34,687 nucleotides of DNA, taken from a virus. Taxonomy: Duplodnaviria; Caudoviricetes. A program made the translations under genes and the position numbers. The notes below the pieces were generated by a model. That model saw nothing but the letters and a program-made list of their open reading frames with translations, ran no database searches and was not told the origin of the DNA. Of this stretch, positions 25,698-34,687 are shown piece by piece. Each line of letters opens with the position of its first letter. The first letter of the stretch is position 1. Location: positions 1-34,687 of IMG/VR virus record IMGVR_UViG_3300020044_006011, one strand, 5' to 3'.

Positions 25698-25956
25698 GCG
25701 TGAGGTTTGCGCCAAGTATGAGATCACTGTTGAGGAACTTGACGGTCCTCGCAAGTTTAAGAAGCTGGTCTTGGCAAGGCGTGAGGCGTGGTGGCGTGGC
25801 CGATATGAATGCAAGAAGGGATACTTATGGCTTGCATTTTATAGCGGCAAGAAGGATCATACTACGATCATTCATGGCGTTCGCCGTTATGAAGAAACGC
25901 TTTCAAGAGCTTCGCACCCACAGCGCGAAGGGCAGGAACGCAGTGTTCCTGTTTAA
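25630..25956 (+). CDS. Stand-alone DnaA C-terminal (domain IV)-like HTH protein (start uncertain)
   Basis: EVCAKYEITVEELDGPRK...VLARREA...KDHTTIIHGVRR. Confidence 0.75.
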   Translation: MGNDSSPSVTCQEPKTKSYHDIKREVCAKYEITVEELDGPRKFKKLVLARREAWWRGRYECKKGYLWLAFYSGKKDHTTIIHGVRRYEETLSRASHPQREGQERSVPV

Positions 25957-26008
25957 TCAGGGCTAACTACTCGCCTCTGGTTTTCGTGGGAAACTGTCAC
26001 AATGACTT

Positions 26009-26044
26009 GCCCCGGCTTCACGTAATGCGTAGCCGGGGCTTTTT
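26009..26044 (+). terminator. Intrinsic terminator between convergent operons
   Basis: GCCCCGGCT...AGCCGGGGC followed by TTTTT. Confidence 0.8.
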
Positions 26045-26045
26045 G

Positions 26046-27635
26046 TCAGGGGATTTTAGACTTTAGCTCATTAACTTCGGCAGATAATTGCTTCACAGCG
26101 TTGATAAGCGCGTACACCAACTGCGAACTATCAACACTATAGAGCTGAGTCTGCTCTTTAGTTTGCGGATTTGTGTATGTATATGTGTTAACCATGTCTG
26201 AGAAATTCGTATTAAGAACTTCTTGAGCAATAAGTCCATAATACGTCACATTGTTATCTGGCGTTCCGTACATTCCATTATACTTGTACGAAACAAGATT
26301 TAGCTGACTTAAGTCATTCAAGCTCTTTAAGTAAGGAAGCTCGTCCTTTTTAGTTCTAGCGTCAGATGTTGCAAGCCAAGAGCCGCCACCGGGCTTATAA
26401 GCATCCATGGATATTGTTAAGCTAGATGAATCAACCGTCATTCTGGTTGATCCGGCAGTTGCAAACGTTAGAGTTGATCCTGCGTTGTAGATAGACGTGG
26501 TGCCTGTAAAATTAAGATAGGTGCTTGAGCCATCTGATTTAAAGCCGGGGCCAGAAGACGAAAAGCCAAACCCTTGTGTAGAGCCAAATCCGGTTGATGC
26601 CTGCATATAGCCGCCAGTTATGGCAACAGAACTGGCATCTTGAGTTGAAATAGTCCCAAGTCCCAGATTTGTGCGAGCCGTGGATGCGCTAGACGCCCCA
26701 GTCCCACCATTAGCAACAGCCACCGTTCCGGTCACATTGGCTGCGCTGCCTGAAATGTTTCCGGTAACATCTGCGCCTGAAATGCTTGCCACGGCTGTCA
26801 AAGCGCCGGAACCCGAACCTTTAACATATCCAGTAAGCGTTGTTGCGCCTGTCCCGCCATTAGAAACTGACAATGTGCCGCTAAGGGTAAATGTACCAGT
26901 CGTTGTTATTGGGTTTGTGGTGCTGGATGAAACAGAAAGCCCAGTCGTACCGCCAGAAAACCCAACAGACGTGACCGTCCCAGTGCCGCCACCGCCGCCG
27001 CTCGCAGCAGCCCAAGAAGGCAAGCCGCCAGCGGAAACCGTTAACACCTGACCAGAGGAACCAATAGCGAGCTTTGAAAGGGCAGTTGAACCGGAGGCGT
27101 AGAGAATGTCTCCAATCGTATAGCTGGTAAGGCCAGTCCCACCGAGAGCGGCAGTAACAGGAACATCAAGACTTACTGTCTGACCAGATACAACAATCCC
27201 GGTCCCTTGGGTAAGTCGAGTGTCATCGCAGAAACTCATGTTCGTGCCATCCGAATACACGAACGCGCGCTTTCCCTGCGGAATAATTACACCAGTGCTG
27301 CCGACAACTTCAGTCAGGATGGAGACGGTGTAGGAGCCTGTCGTGTTGTTATAGATAACCCAAGTGCCACCAACAGCCTCAACAGCGCTGCCGCTCTTAA
27401 ATGGAATAAGAACACTGACATTGGCAGTCAAAGCACCCGTCAGGACAATCTGCTGATTCTGCGCCTCGGAAATGGTCAGAAACACGTCCACATTGGAGAG
27501 GGTCTTGGTCACAGCCGAGCCAAGAGCTTTGTCAATGATGTCCCAGTCCCCATTGACCGGCACGTTCCACGTATCTGGGTAATCGCCGTTAGCGGGCTTC
27601 TCAATATTTTTATTAGACGTGTACGTGGAGGTCAT
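26046..27635 (-). CDS. Tail fibre/spike with C-terminal S74 intramolecular chaperone
   Basis: Gly/Ser/Thr-rich with xGGTG repeats and ARTNLGLG; C-terminal SDARTKKD...GLIAQEV...LINAVKQL. Confidence 0.85.
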   Translation of the reverse strand: MTSTYTSNKNIEKPANGDYPDTWNVPVNGDWDIIDKALGSAVTKTLSNVDVFLTISEAQNQQIVLTGALTANVSVLIPFKSGSAVEAVGGTWVIYNNTTGSYTVSILTEVVGSTGVIIPQGKRAFVYSDGTNMSFCDDTRLTQGTGIVVSGQTVSLDVPVTAALGGTGLTSYTIGDILYASGSTALSKLAIGSSGQVLTVSAGGLPSWAAASGGGGGTGTVTSVGFSGGTTGLSVSSSTTNPITTTGTFTLSGTLSVSNGGTGATTLTGYVKGSGSGALTAVASISGADVTGNISGSAANVTGTVAVANGGTGASSASTARTNLGLGTISTQDASSVAITGGYMQASTGFGSTQGFGFSSSGPGFKSDGSSTYLNFTGTTSIYNAGSTLTFATAGSTRMTVDSSSLTISMDAYKPGGGSWLATSDARTKKDELPYLKSLNDLSQLNLVSYKYNGMYGTPDNNVTYYGLIAQEVLNTNFSDMVNTYTYTNPQTKEQTQLYSVDSSQLVYALINAVKQLSAEVNELKSKIP

Positions 27636-27645
27636 TTTTCAGTCC

Positions 27646-30123
27646 TCAGATGTGCCGGTTAGCGATTTCCAAAGCCTTTGCGATATGCTCATCAGGAGCG
27701 TTCAGCAACGGCTTAGTTTCCTTGCCAAGATTATGCTTGGCTTTCTCTGCCATAGCAACAAGTCTGTCAGCGTGCCCTTCGGCGCTTACTTTGCCGCCAG
27801 AGGCGCGACCTTGCCGTTGGTCAATCAAAGGCGGTAATCCGTAGTTGGCGGGATCTTCAAAGGACTCCACGTTTCTGACAGACGGCACAAACTTAGGCTG
27901 AAGAATTTCAGGCGCACCGGGGATGCGCGGGGATGGCACCTCAAACGGCTGCTTAAAGGTAGGCGCACCAAAGGCTTCCGCCTTCATCTGACCAGAACGG
28001 ACCATACCCTGCGCCAGATCGCCCGCGCCCTTACCAACCGCAGCCATACCCAAGGTAGCTACAAGGCCATGAGGATACCCAAGGGCCGCGCCTATAAGTG
28101 TCGGGGCAGAGTTTAGAGCCCTCATGATTAGGCCATTCTTCTGCTCATCCGGCATCTTGGATTGATTTATCTTCTCAACCATAGCGCCGATGCGGCGAAG
28201 CTGAGAAATCTGCTGACCCGTGGTCATGGTGTCGGTCGGCGGCAAAACGCGCTTGGCAAGCTCTATATTGTCGGGTGACAGAAACTTCTCAATGGCTTTG
28301 GGGGCCTTAGTAATGTCGCCACCCGTGTCCAGCATCTTCTGGCGAATTTGCTGGTTGAGGGAAACCATAGCCTCGCTGTCTTTGCCTAGAACACCTTCTA
28401 GGCGGTCAAGAACGGTCGGCCCAATTTTCTTGTTAACGACCGCACTGTTGATCGCAAAGTTAGCTGCGTGTTCAATGGACGGTGTTAAATCAGGCAAGAG
28501 CTTGCCGTTGTCATCCACCATAGAGGCAAGGATAGAATTGAACCCCTTCGCCTCGACCGCCCTGCTAGGATAAAAGTCACGCCGATACTGCGCCCAAGCG
28601 TTCTTGGACTTTTCCCACGCCTTGATCGCATCAACATCACCTGTAAATAGTTTTTGCGTAACGGCATCATTGATGGCGCTTTCATAACCACGACGAATGG
28701 CAGAAATGGCAGCGCGATCTTTAGGGTCAGTAGCAGCGCGCCCGAAGACGTTAAGTTGCTGATTAATGAACATGATGTTTTTCAAGTCCCATTGGCTTCC
28801 ACCAATGGGCGGCACATCCGCACGGAATTTGTCAAAGAGATACTTTTGAGCGGCAGCAGCCTTTTCATACCCCGGTTCGGTAGCAAGATTTGTAGGGAAA
28901 GCGATGTCAGCCTGAGAGAGAGACTTTCTAACGCTTTCCTCAATAAGAGTCCCAACGTCGTAGTCTTGCTGTTGATAAACAGGCTTAACGCGCGGCAACT
29001 TTCCTTCTTCCGGTGGCTTCTCAACCCAACGCTTGCCGGGAACAAACTCACCCGGCATTTCTTTGACAGCCTCTAGTTGACCCGCAGCCTTTGCTCTAGC
29101 CGCAGCTTCGGCGTCCAAGAGCGCACCGGGGACGCTGACATCAGTTGGCTTGCCAATAATGGAGCCATATGTGTCGGCCAGTTTTTCCTTTGCGCCAACC
29201 AGAGCCTTTTCAGCCGCAGGGGCCGCAACTTCCGGCGGGGTGGTGCCCGTAACCATAGCGCGGGACTTAGGCAAGCCCTCCTGCGCGGCAAGGGCCTCAA
29301 CCATAGAGGCTTTGCTGGGACCTTTCTGGCTCAGAATCCCCATGACCTTTTCACTGGCAAGGTCTAGGTCTTCAGGGGAGAGCTTGCTGCCAAATGCAGC
29401 CTTGAAGGCGTCCAGAGTTTCCTGCGTGGGCTTCCCGTCCACAAACGCATTTGGCTTCCTAGAAAGCCAATTAGAGAACTTCTGACCCGCAACGCCAAGG
29501 CCCGCACCAAGACCAGCACCCAGTCCCGCCGCCTTCAGGGCCTCATTTGCCGACTCTTTGTCTATCTTGCCCTGTTCAATCAGGGATGACGCACCAGACG
29601 CAGCCGCGCTAGTGCCGGCGATCTCAGCCACGCGCCCAACAGTCGGACCAAGTTTGGAGCCAACAAAACCCGCAGCCTGACCAGCCTTAGCCAACGGCCC
29701 AAGCGGCACAAACATGCCAGCGCCAAACCCAATGACATCGCCTGCCGTAGAGGCTTTGGGGAATTGTCTGGAAAGAGCGGCCTCATAAGCCTTTTGCTCT
29801 TTATAGACCTCCTCATAAGGACGCCCTTCTTTCTTAGAGCGATAAGCGGCAACAATGTGCGAAGGAGCGTTGAATAGCGCCATGTTAGCGCCAGACATGA
29901 CGCCAGCCTCAGTGGCGCTGCCGCCCATTTTGTCAACAAGAGCCTTGTCAGCAACAGCCTGACGCTCACCCTCGCCAATAGGCGCAGCGCGTTGCCGGTC
30001 AGGCGTGATTGTCACTGACCGGGGTTCTTGCTCAACAACCGGAACATTCTTCAACCAATCAGGGGCAGAAGATGCGGTGGACTTTTCCTCAACAACAGGA
30101 GCGGATTCCCACCAGTTCGCCAT
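27646..30123 (-). CDS. Putative internal virion/DNA ejection protein (825 aa)
   Basis: Ala/Gly-rich hydrophobic segments, helical composition, position between the transglycosylase-bearing protein and the fibre; C-terminal RASGGKV. Confidence 0.65.
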   Translation of the reverse strand: MANWWESAPVVEEKSTASSAPDWLKNVPVVEQEPRSVTITPDRQRAAPIGEGERQAVADKALVDKMGGSATEAGVMSGANMALFNAPSHIVAAYRSKKEGRPYEEVYKEQKAYEAALSRQFPKASTAGDVIGFGAGMFVPLGPLAKAGQAAGFVGSKLGPTVGRVAEIAGTSAAASGASSLIEQGKIDKESANEALKAAGLGAGLGAGLGVAGQKFSNWLSRKPNAFVDGKPTQETLDAFKAAFGSKLSPEDLDLASEKVMGILSQKGPSKASMVEALAAQEGLPKSRAMVTGTTPPEVAAPAAEKALVGAKEKLADTYGSIIGKPTDVSVPGALLDAEAAARAKAAGQLEAVKEMPGEFVPGKRWVEKPPEEGKLPRVKPVYQQQDYDVGTLIEESVRKSLSQADIAFPTNLATEPGYEKAAAAQKYLFDKFRADVPPIGGSQWDLKNIMFINQQLNVFGRAATDPKDRAAISAIRRGYESAINDAVTQKLFTGDVDAIKAWEKSKNAWAQYRRDFYPSRAVEAKGFNSILASMVDDNGKLLPDLTPSIEHAANFAINSAVVNKKIGPTVLDRLEGVLGKDSEAMVSLNQQIRQKMLDTGGDITKAPKAIEKFLSPDNIELAKRVLPPTDTMTTGQQISQLRRIGAMVEKINQSKMPDEQKNGLIMRALNSAPTLIGAALGYPHGLVATLGMAAVGKGAGDLAQGMVRSGQMKAEAFGAPTFKQPFEVPSPRIPGAPEILQPKFVPSVRNVESFEDPANYGLPPLIDQRQGRASGGKVSAEGHADRLVAMAEKAKHNLGKETKPLLNAPDEHIAKALEIANRHI

Positions 30124-33100
30124 TATGGCTTCCTCCGTGTCACGCCATCAGGTCCGATGAACACGGTGCCAGACGGGAGCGCGTTAAACTCTTGTTCACT
30201 GTTGGCGCGGACGGGAGCCGGTGCGGCCTGACGATCTGCCGGTGACGCCTCACTGCCCTTCGCGGTGAAGCCAAAGGATTTTTCAAGGCCGCGAACAAAT
30301 TCGGGCTTGGCACCCTTCGGAATTGGAAGGGAACCAAAGGCTTCCTGATATTTCTGACGGAGAAGCTCTGCCTTTTTGTCAGACTCTTCACTCAAGAATT
30401 TGACAGGATCAGTGCCGAACGGGCGTTCAAGATAAGCCCTATCCTTGGCGCGCTCATAATCCATTTCGCCAATGGAGCGACCGATCATTTCATAGACTGC
30501 GCCCGGATCAAGGGTCGGCCCCGGAACGGTCAGGATACCTTCTTGCAGAGCGGCCTTCGGGGCGCGGGCCATGTTGTTAGCATCCACGGCCTCAAATGCA
30601 CGCTTCAGGGCGGTCTTCATAGCGGCGTCAAAGGCAGCAGCATCACCACGCAGAACATCTGGGATGTACTGCTCCATCTTCAGCCCCTTCATCACGCTTT
30701 CAATCTGTGCCTTGTAGTCCTCAAGTCGGCCAGTTTGGAAGGCACTGTAGATGTCAGCAAGGCGCATAAGTTCTGCGCGTTCCTTGTCATAAATCTCAAG
30801 GCGCTTGCCAATGTTCTGACGGTAGCCCTTAACGCTTTCAGACCTAGCTTTAATGAGGTCCTCATTTTCCTTCGCCTGAAGGCTAACGGCGTCCTCAATC
30901 GCCTTATCAAGACGTTGCTGTTCAAGATTGGCGGTGGCAAGTTTCTGTGATGCTTCAGAAGAACGGCCTATATTGCCAAGCTGTTCGGCATCCTTACGCA
31001 TATCGTCAATTCTGGTTTGCCAAACGTCAGGGCGGCGATCTTTCTCAAGTCCATACTTCTCAGGATTTTTGCGAACGTCATCCTTGAGTTGTTGGACTCC
31101 CATTTCAGTCCGTTCAAGAACCGGAGCTTTTTCTTCCGTTTTAGCCTGACCGGGCTGCTGCGGCGCAGTATCACCCGGCTTCGCAGGAGTTTCACCCGGC
31201 TTCTGCGCTCCAATGGCCGGAATAGCGCCAATCGCACCGGGAATAGGCCCAGTGGCGTCCGGTACGTTTACGCCCCACTGCTTAGGATTAAGACCGGCCT
31301 GAACCATCATGTCATGAGCAACGCTTTGCACCTGACCCGGTTGAGCAAAACCGCCAGTATTCTTGTCAAAGAACTTAGTGGTCTTGGTCGCAGAGTCATA
31401 GGTTGGCGTGAACCGATCTTTAATCAGGTCCATGATGCCCTTAGCCGTTTCAAGTTGGGCCTTCTTCTCAGCTTGATAAGCAGATACGCCGCCGACGATG
31501 CCCTCACCAACAGCCCCCGCCAGATAGGGGCTCTTTGAAGACAACATGCTGCCAACAAATGACAGGGCAGGCACAAAGAAGTCGCGCGAAGACGCTTTTT
31601 CAACAAGGTTGCCAAACATGGAGGGCTCTTCTTTGCCCTTTACAACCTCAACGCCAGCGGCTCGACGCTCAGGAACACCACCTTCGGGGACGAGGCCCGG
31701 CGGACGCGGAGCGCCATCCCCTTCATAAGAAGAGCGGAATTTGGCTACATAACCGGGAACCGTAGTTCCAAGAATGTCAGACGCATTTCCAGCACGAGCC
31801 ATGGGACGGCCAGAGAACCAAACAGACGCCGCATCATAAGGGTTTCCGTACTTCTGCACGGATTTGCCAAAGTGATGCTCAAAGACCTTTTCTTGCGCTT
31901 CCGGGCTCTTAACGAACTCATCTGGGGTCATGCGACGGCCAAGAGCTTCTTCCGTCCAAGACGGAATATTGCCACCCATGACCTGATATTTGCCATAAGC
32001 GCGGTCGCCGCGCCCTGTCACAGGGCCAAGAGCTTCGTAACGACCGCCGCTTTCAATGCCAGCAATCGCACCCTTGGCTTTTTCAACGTCAAATAAGGGC
32101 TTTTCTTTTTCTTCCTCAACAGCGCCCTCAGTGGCATAGCCTTGGCGCGGAACCAGACCGCCATAAGAATAAGGCGTGGATTCGCCGGTAGCCTTGTCAT
32201 AGTCCAGCGTGAGGAAGCCGTTGCGCTCACCAACCGCCTCGGGGTGACGCTTTAAGACTTCCTGCGCCATAAGGCCGATCTTCGTGCGGCCATCACCCAT
32301 GTCATAAGCGTAGATTCCCTGACCGTCATAGGTTTCACCAACGGGACGGATGTTGTCTTTCAGGCGAGCATCAGATGGGATAAATGACGCAGCCATGGAC
32401 GCCAGTTTGCCAAGATTCATGGCAGTGCTGGCTGCTTCACCAATCTGAGACATGCCAGACTTGGGAGCGCCGGGCATTTGCCCCGGCTTCAGCATATTAT
32501 TGGGATCGTCCTGACTTTCGGACGCATCCTCAATATACGATCCGACACCCTTAGTCGGGTCCTTCACCGTCTCATAAGGATCAACCATGCCCTTCAGAGC
32601 ATAGCCTTCGCGGGGAACAACGCCGCCATACGCAAAGGCGCTAGAGAACCAATCTTTTGCGCGCTGGGCCATGTTGTCTTCGGACGAGAACTTTCCGCCC
32701 GCACCGAATAGGCCAGCCTCGCCCTTCGGATTGTCCCTCGTTCCCTCACTACCAACAGCAAGGCTGGCAAGTTTCTTACCAGTATTGACCGTGCCCTGAA
32801 TATCATCAACAGCCTGAGACAAGCCGGAGCGCGGAGACCGAGATGGCGCAGAGCCAGCCGTCACCAGCTTGGGGCTAGGGAGCTTTGCCGCAGGAACGGA
32901 CCCCTTGGCATCGCCAAATGGGGCACCCATGGCGCTGCCGCCATAAAGGCCGGACTGACCAAACGGGCCAAAAGATTGAGCCTGACTGGCGAGGATTGCG
33001 CCAAGATCGGTTCCGTCAACGACTGCGCCGCTCAGGGCGTATCCGTGGCGGGGGACGATCCCTCCGCTGGCGTAGGCTCCGGGTTCTGTGACAGCACCAC

Positions 33101-34687
33101 CCATGGACGCAGCGGCTCCAAGGCCAGCCGCATCAGAAGTAGCGCGGTCATAGTCAACAGTCTTAAAGCCAGAGGATTCACCAACGGCATCGGGACGAAC
33201 TCCCTCAACTTCTTGAGCAAGCAGACCGATCTGCTTAGGCCCATCGCCCATGCTGTAGCGATAGACTTTCTGACCGTCGTAAAGCTCGCCAATAGGCTCA
33301 ACATCATCCTTGAGCCGCTCGTCAGAGAAGAACGGAGCGGGCTGCTGCGTGGTCGTGGTGCTGCCAGACAGCGCGCCCGTGCCCATGGCGATGTTGGCAA
33401 GGAACTGCGCCACTTGGAACGGATAACCACGCTCCTGAAGGAACTGTTGATACTGAGCGGTGTTCTCAGCCTGTTGGGTTTGCTGCTCCAACGTGCCGGC
33501 ACCGATCTGAGCCTGCGCGCCCTGAAGAGCCGCCTGCTGCGCGCCAGCACCGAGCCCCGCCAAGGACTGAGCGGTCTGAGCGCCCATGCCATAAAGGCCC
33601 TGACCAATACCCTGCTGAAGAGCGGCCTGCTGCGCGCCCATGCCATAAATGTTCTGACCAAGGCCAGCCTGCAACTGGGATGCACCCATCTGCTGACCGT
33701 ATTGCTGCTGCCCAAGACCCGCCATAGCTTGGCCTTGAGCCAAACGCTGCCCGTAAAGAGCCTGACCAAGATTAGCAAGCTGCTGTCCGGCAGCAAGATT
33801 TTGACCAAATCCTTGCTGCGCAAGATTGGCCGCAGCCTGCGTACCAAATTGCATCGCTGCACGATTCGCCTGTTCAGCGGAAAGGCGCTGTGCCTGCTGC
33901 TGCTGTGCCATTCCAGCGGCCTGACCGTAGCCACTTTGCAGCAAGTTAGCCAACGTGGCTTGATTTGCCATGCTCTGCTGCTTGGCAAGATTGGCAGCAG
34001 AAATTCCAGAACGGTCGCCACCAAAGGCGCCTGAACCGATTTGAGAACCACGCAACGCTGCCTGTTGGGCGGCATTTTCCTGCATTTGCAGGGCTTGCTG
34101 CGCCTCAACGACATTGCGCATATAGGGAGACATATACTGATTGATCTGAGCCGCGCCCAAATCACCAGCATTCACCGCCTGCGTGCCGCCTTCAAGATAT
34201 TGCCCAGCTCGATTCATGTAAGGCTGAGAAGCACTAAGACCGGCCTGCGTCAAACCGCCAGCTTGGCTCATGTACGGGTTTGCGGTTCCGTATGCGCTAC
34301 CAATGTCTCCACGAGCCTGATTGGCATATTGAGAGCCGATGTCACGAGCAGTAAAACCGCCCTGAAGAGCTTCTCCGTACATGCCACCGGCGACATTTGC
34401 CGCTTGCTGCCCCGTGCCAAGAGCGCCGTAGTACAAGGGTGTTGCCGCACCCTGCGCGCCCATAAGCTGCTGAGTTGCAGCTTGGTAGTACGGTTGCGCC
34501 ATGTTCGCGGCTGCGCTGGTGGCGTTAATGCCAGCTTGCTGCGTTTGGTTAATTGGAGCAACAAATTGACCGGTGTAAGCCTGAAAGGGCTGAGTTGCAG
34601 CCTGCTCTGCGCGGGCATTGACCGCATTGTATCGGGCCAGAACCTCTGGCGGAATCTGGACCGATTGCGTTGTTGTAGCGGTCTTGC
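30123..34687 (-). CDS. Large ejection-type protein: Q/A/G-rich N-terminus, two S74-like domains, lysozyme-like domain (partial, starts beyond window)
   Basis: The frame stays open from 34502 to the window end (...KTATTTQSVQIPPEV...). SDERLKDD (~33326), SDARLKDN (~32375), and IESGG...AYGKYQ (~31740-32075). Confidence 0.85.
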   Translation of the reverse strand, partial: KTATTTQSVQIPPEVLARYNAVNARAEQAATQPFQAYTGQFVAPINQTQQAGINATSAAANMAQPYYQAATQQLMGAQGAATPLYYGALGTGQQAANVAGGMYGEALQGGFTARDIGSQYANQARGDIGSAYGTANPYMSQAGGLTQAGLSASQPYMNRAGQYLEGGTQAVNAGDLGAAQINQYMSPYMRNVVEAQQALQMQENAAQQAALRGSQIGSGAFGGDRSGISAANLAKQQSMANQATLANLLQSGYGQAAGMAQQQQAQRLSAEQANRAAMQFGTQAAANLAQQGFGQNLAAGQQLANLGQALYGQRLAQGQAMAGLGQQQYGQQMGASQLQAGLGQNIYGMGAQQAALQQGIGQGLYGMGAQTAQSLAGLGAGAQQAALQGAQAQIGAGTLEQQTQQAENTAQYQQFLQERGYPFQVAQFLANIAMGTGALSGSTTTTQQPAPFFSDERLKDDVEPIGELYDGQKVYRYSMGDGPKQIGLLAQEVEGVRPDAVGESSGFKTVDYDRATSDAAGLGAAASMGGAVTEPGAYASGGIVPRHGYALSGAVVDGTDLGAILASQAQSFGPFGQSGLYGGSAMGAPFGDAKGSVPAAKLPSPKLVTAGSAPSRSPRSGLSQAVDDIQGTVNTGKKLASLAVGSEGTRDNPKGEAGLFGAGGKFSSEDNMAQRAKDWFSSAFAYGGVVPREGYALKGMVDPYETVKDPTKGVGSYIEDASESQDDPNNMLKPGQMPGAPKSGMSQIGEAASTAMNLGKLASMAASFIPSDARLKDNIRPVGETYDGQGIYAYDMGDGRTKIGLMAQEVLKRHPEAVGERNGFLTLDYDKATGESTPYSYGGLVPRQGYATEGAVEEEKEKPLFDVEKAKGAIAGIESGGRYEALGPVTGRGDRAYGKYQVMGGNIPSWTEEALGRRMTPDEFVKSPEAQEKVFEHHFGKSVQKYGNPYDAASVWFSGRPMARAGNASDILGTTVPGYVAKFRSSYEGDGAPRPPGLVPEGGVPERRAAGVEVVKGKEEPSMFGNLVEKASSRDFFVPALSFVGSMLSSKSPYLAGAVGEGIVGGVSAYQAEKKAQLETAKGIMDLIKDRFTPTYDSATKTTKFFDKNTGGFAQPGQVQSVAHDMMVQAGLNPKQWGVNVPDATGPIPGAIGAIPAIGAQKPGETPAKPGDTAPQQPGQAKTEEKAPVLERTEMGVQQLKDDVRKNPEKYGLEKDRRPDVWQTRIDDMRKDAEQLGNIGRSSEASQKLATANLEQQRLDKAIEDAVSLQAKENEDLIKARSESVKGYRQNIGKRLEIYDKERAELMRLADIYSAFQTGRLEDYKAQIESVMKGLKMEQYIPDVLRGDAAAFDAAMKTALKRAFEAVDANNMARAPKAALQEGILTVPGPTLDPGAVYEMIGRSIGEMDYERAKDRAYLERPFGTDPVKFLSEESDKKAELLRQKYQEAFGSLPIPKGAKPEFVRGLEKSFGFTAKGSEASPADRQAAPAPVRANSEQEFNALPSGTVFIGPDGVTRRKP

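Noticed and set aside
26660-27160. xGGTG repeats in the tail fibre as part of the GG-motif system
   Set aside because: Different consensus (NGGTG), typical of structural fibre repeats.
32196-33326. Internal SDxRLK domains as Hint/intein domains
   Set aside because: No C-terminal HN motif. The SDxRLK, GLxAQEV and DY pattern fits S74 instead.
32976-34171. 352-aa (+) and 379-aa (-) overlapping ORFs
   Set aside because: Alternative frames of the Q/A/G low-complexity region; stop codons are scarce because of codon bias.
1-34687. tRNA, rRNA, integrase, transposase, reverse transcriptase/DGR, major capsid gene
   Set aside because: None recognised by eye. A tRNA scan was not run, and capsid and tail genes probably lie outside the window.

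Overview
This window is a 34.7 kb fragment of a tailed dsDNA phage, most likely podovirus-like (terminase, portal, ejection-type proteins and a tail fibre; no tape measure, capsid gene or integrase is visible here). The host is probably alphaproteobacterial, inferred from a GcrA homolog. From left to right: (i) a leftward packaging/head module (terS, small genes, terL, portal, three GG-motif proteins); (ii) a compositionally distinct ~4.7 kb segment bounded by GGACCC and (TTGG)n repeats, carrying terS and a rightward AAA/vWA-like pair plus small cassette-like genes; (iii) leftward replication genes (primase, SF2 helicase, HTH, methyltransferase, HNH, RusA, Cro-like); (iv) rightward recombination and host-regulation genes (ERF, YqaJ exonuclease, SSB-like, SLT, GcrA, DnaA-C); (v) leftward tail fibre and internal virion proteins. 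Both terminal ORFs run off the window. The two strongest leads are a shared [M/F/Y/L/R/K]xxGG motif across five putative virion proteins, coupled to a polyprotein-like ORF with two internal S74-type autocleavage domains, and the repeat-bounded segment with GATC depletion, GANTC enrichment and conserved-loop hairpin leaders. All annotations come from motif recognition by eye and all counts are hand counts; no database searches were run.
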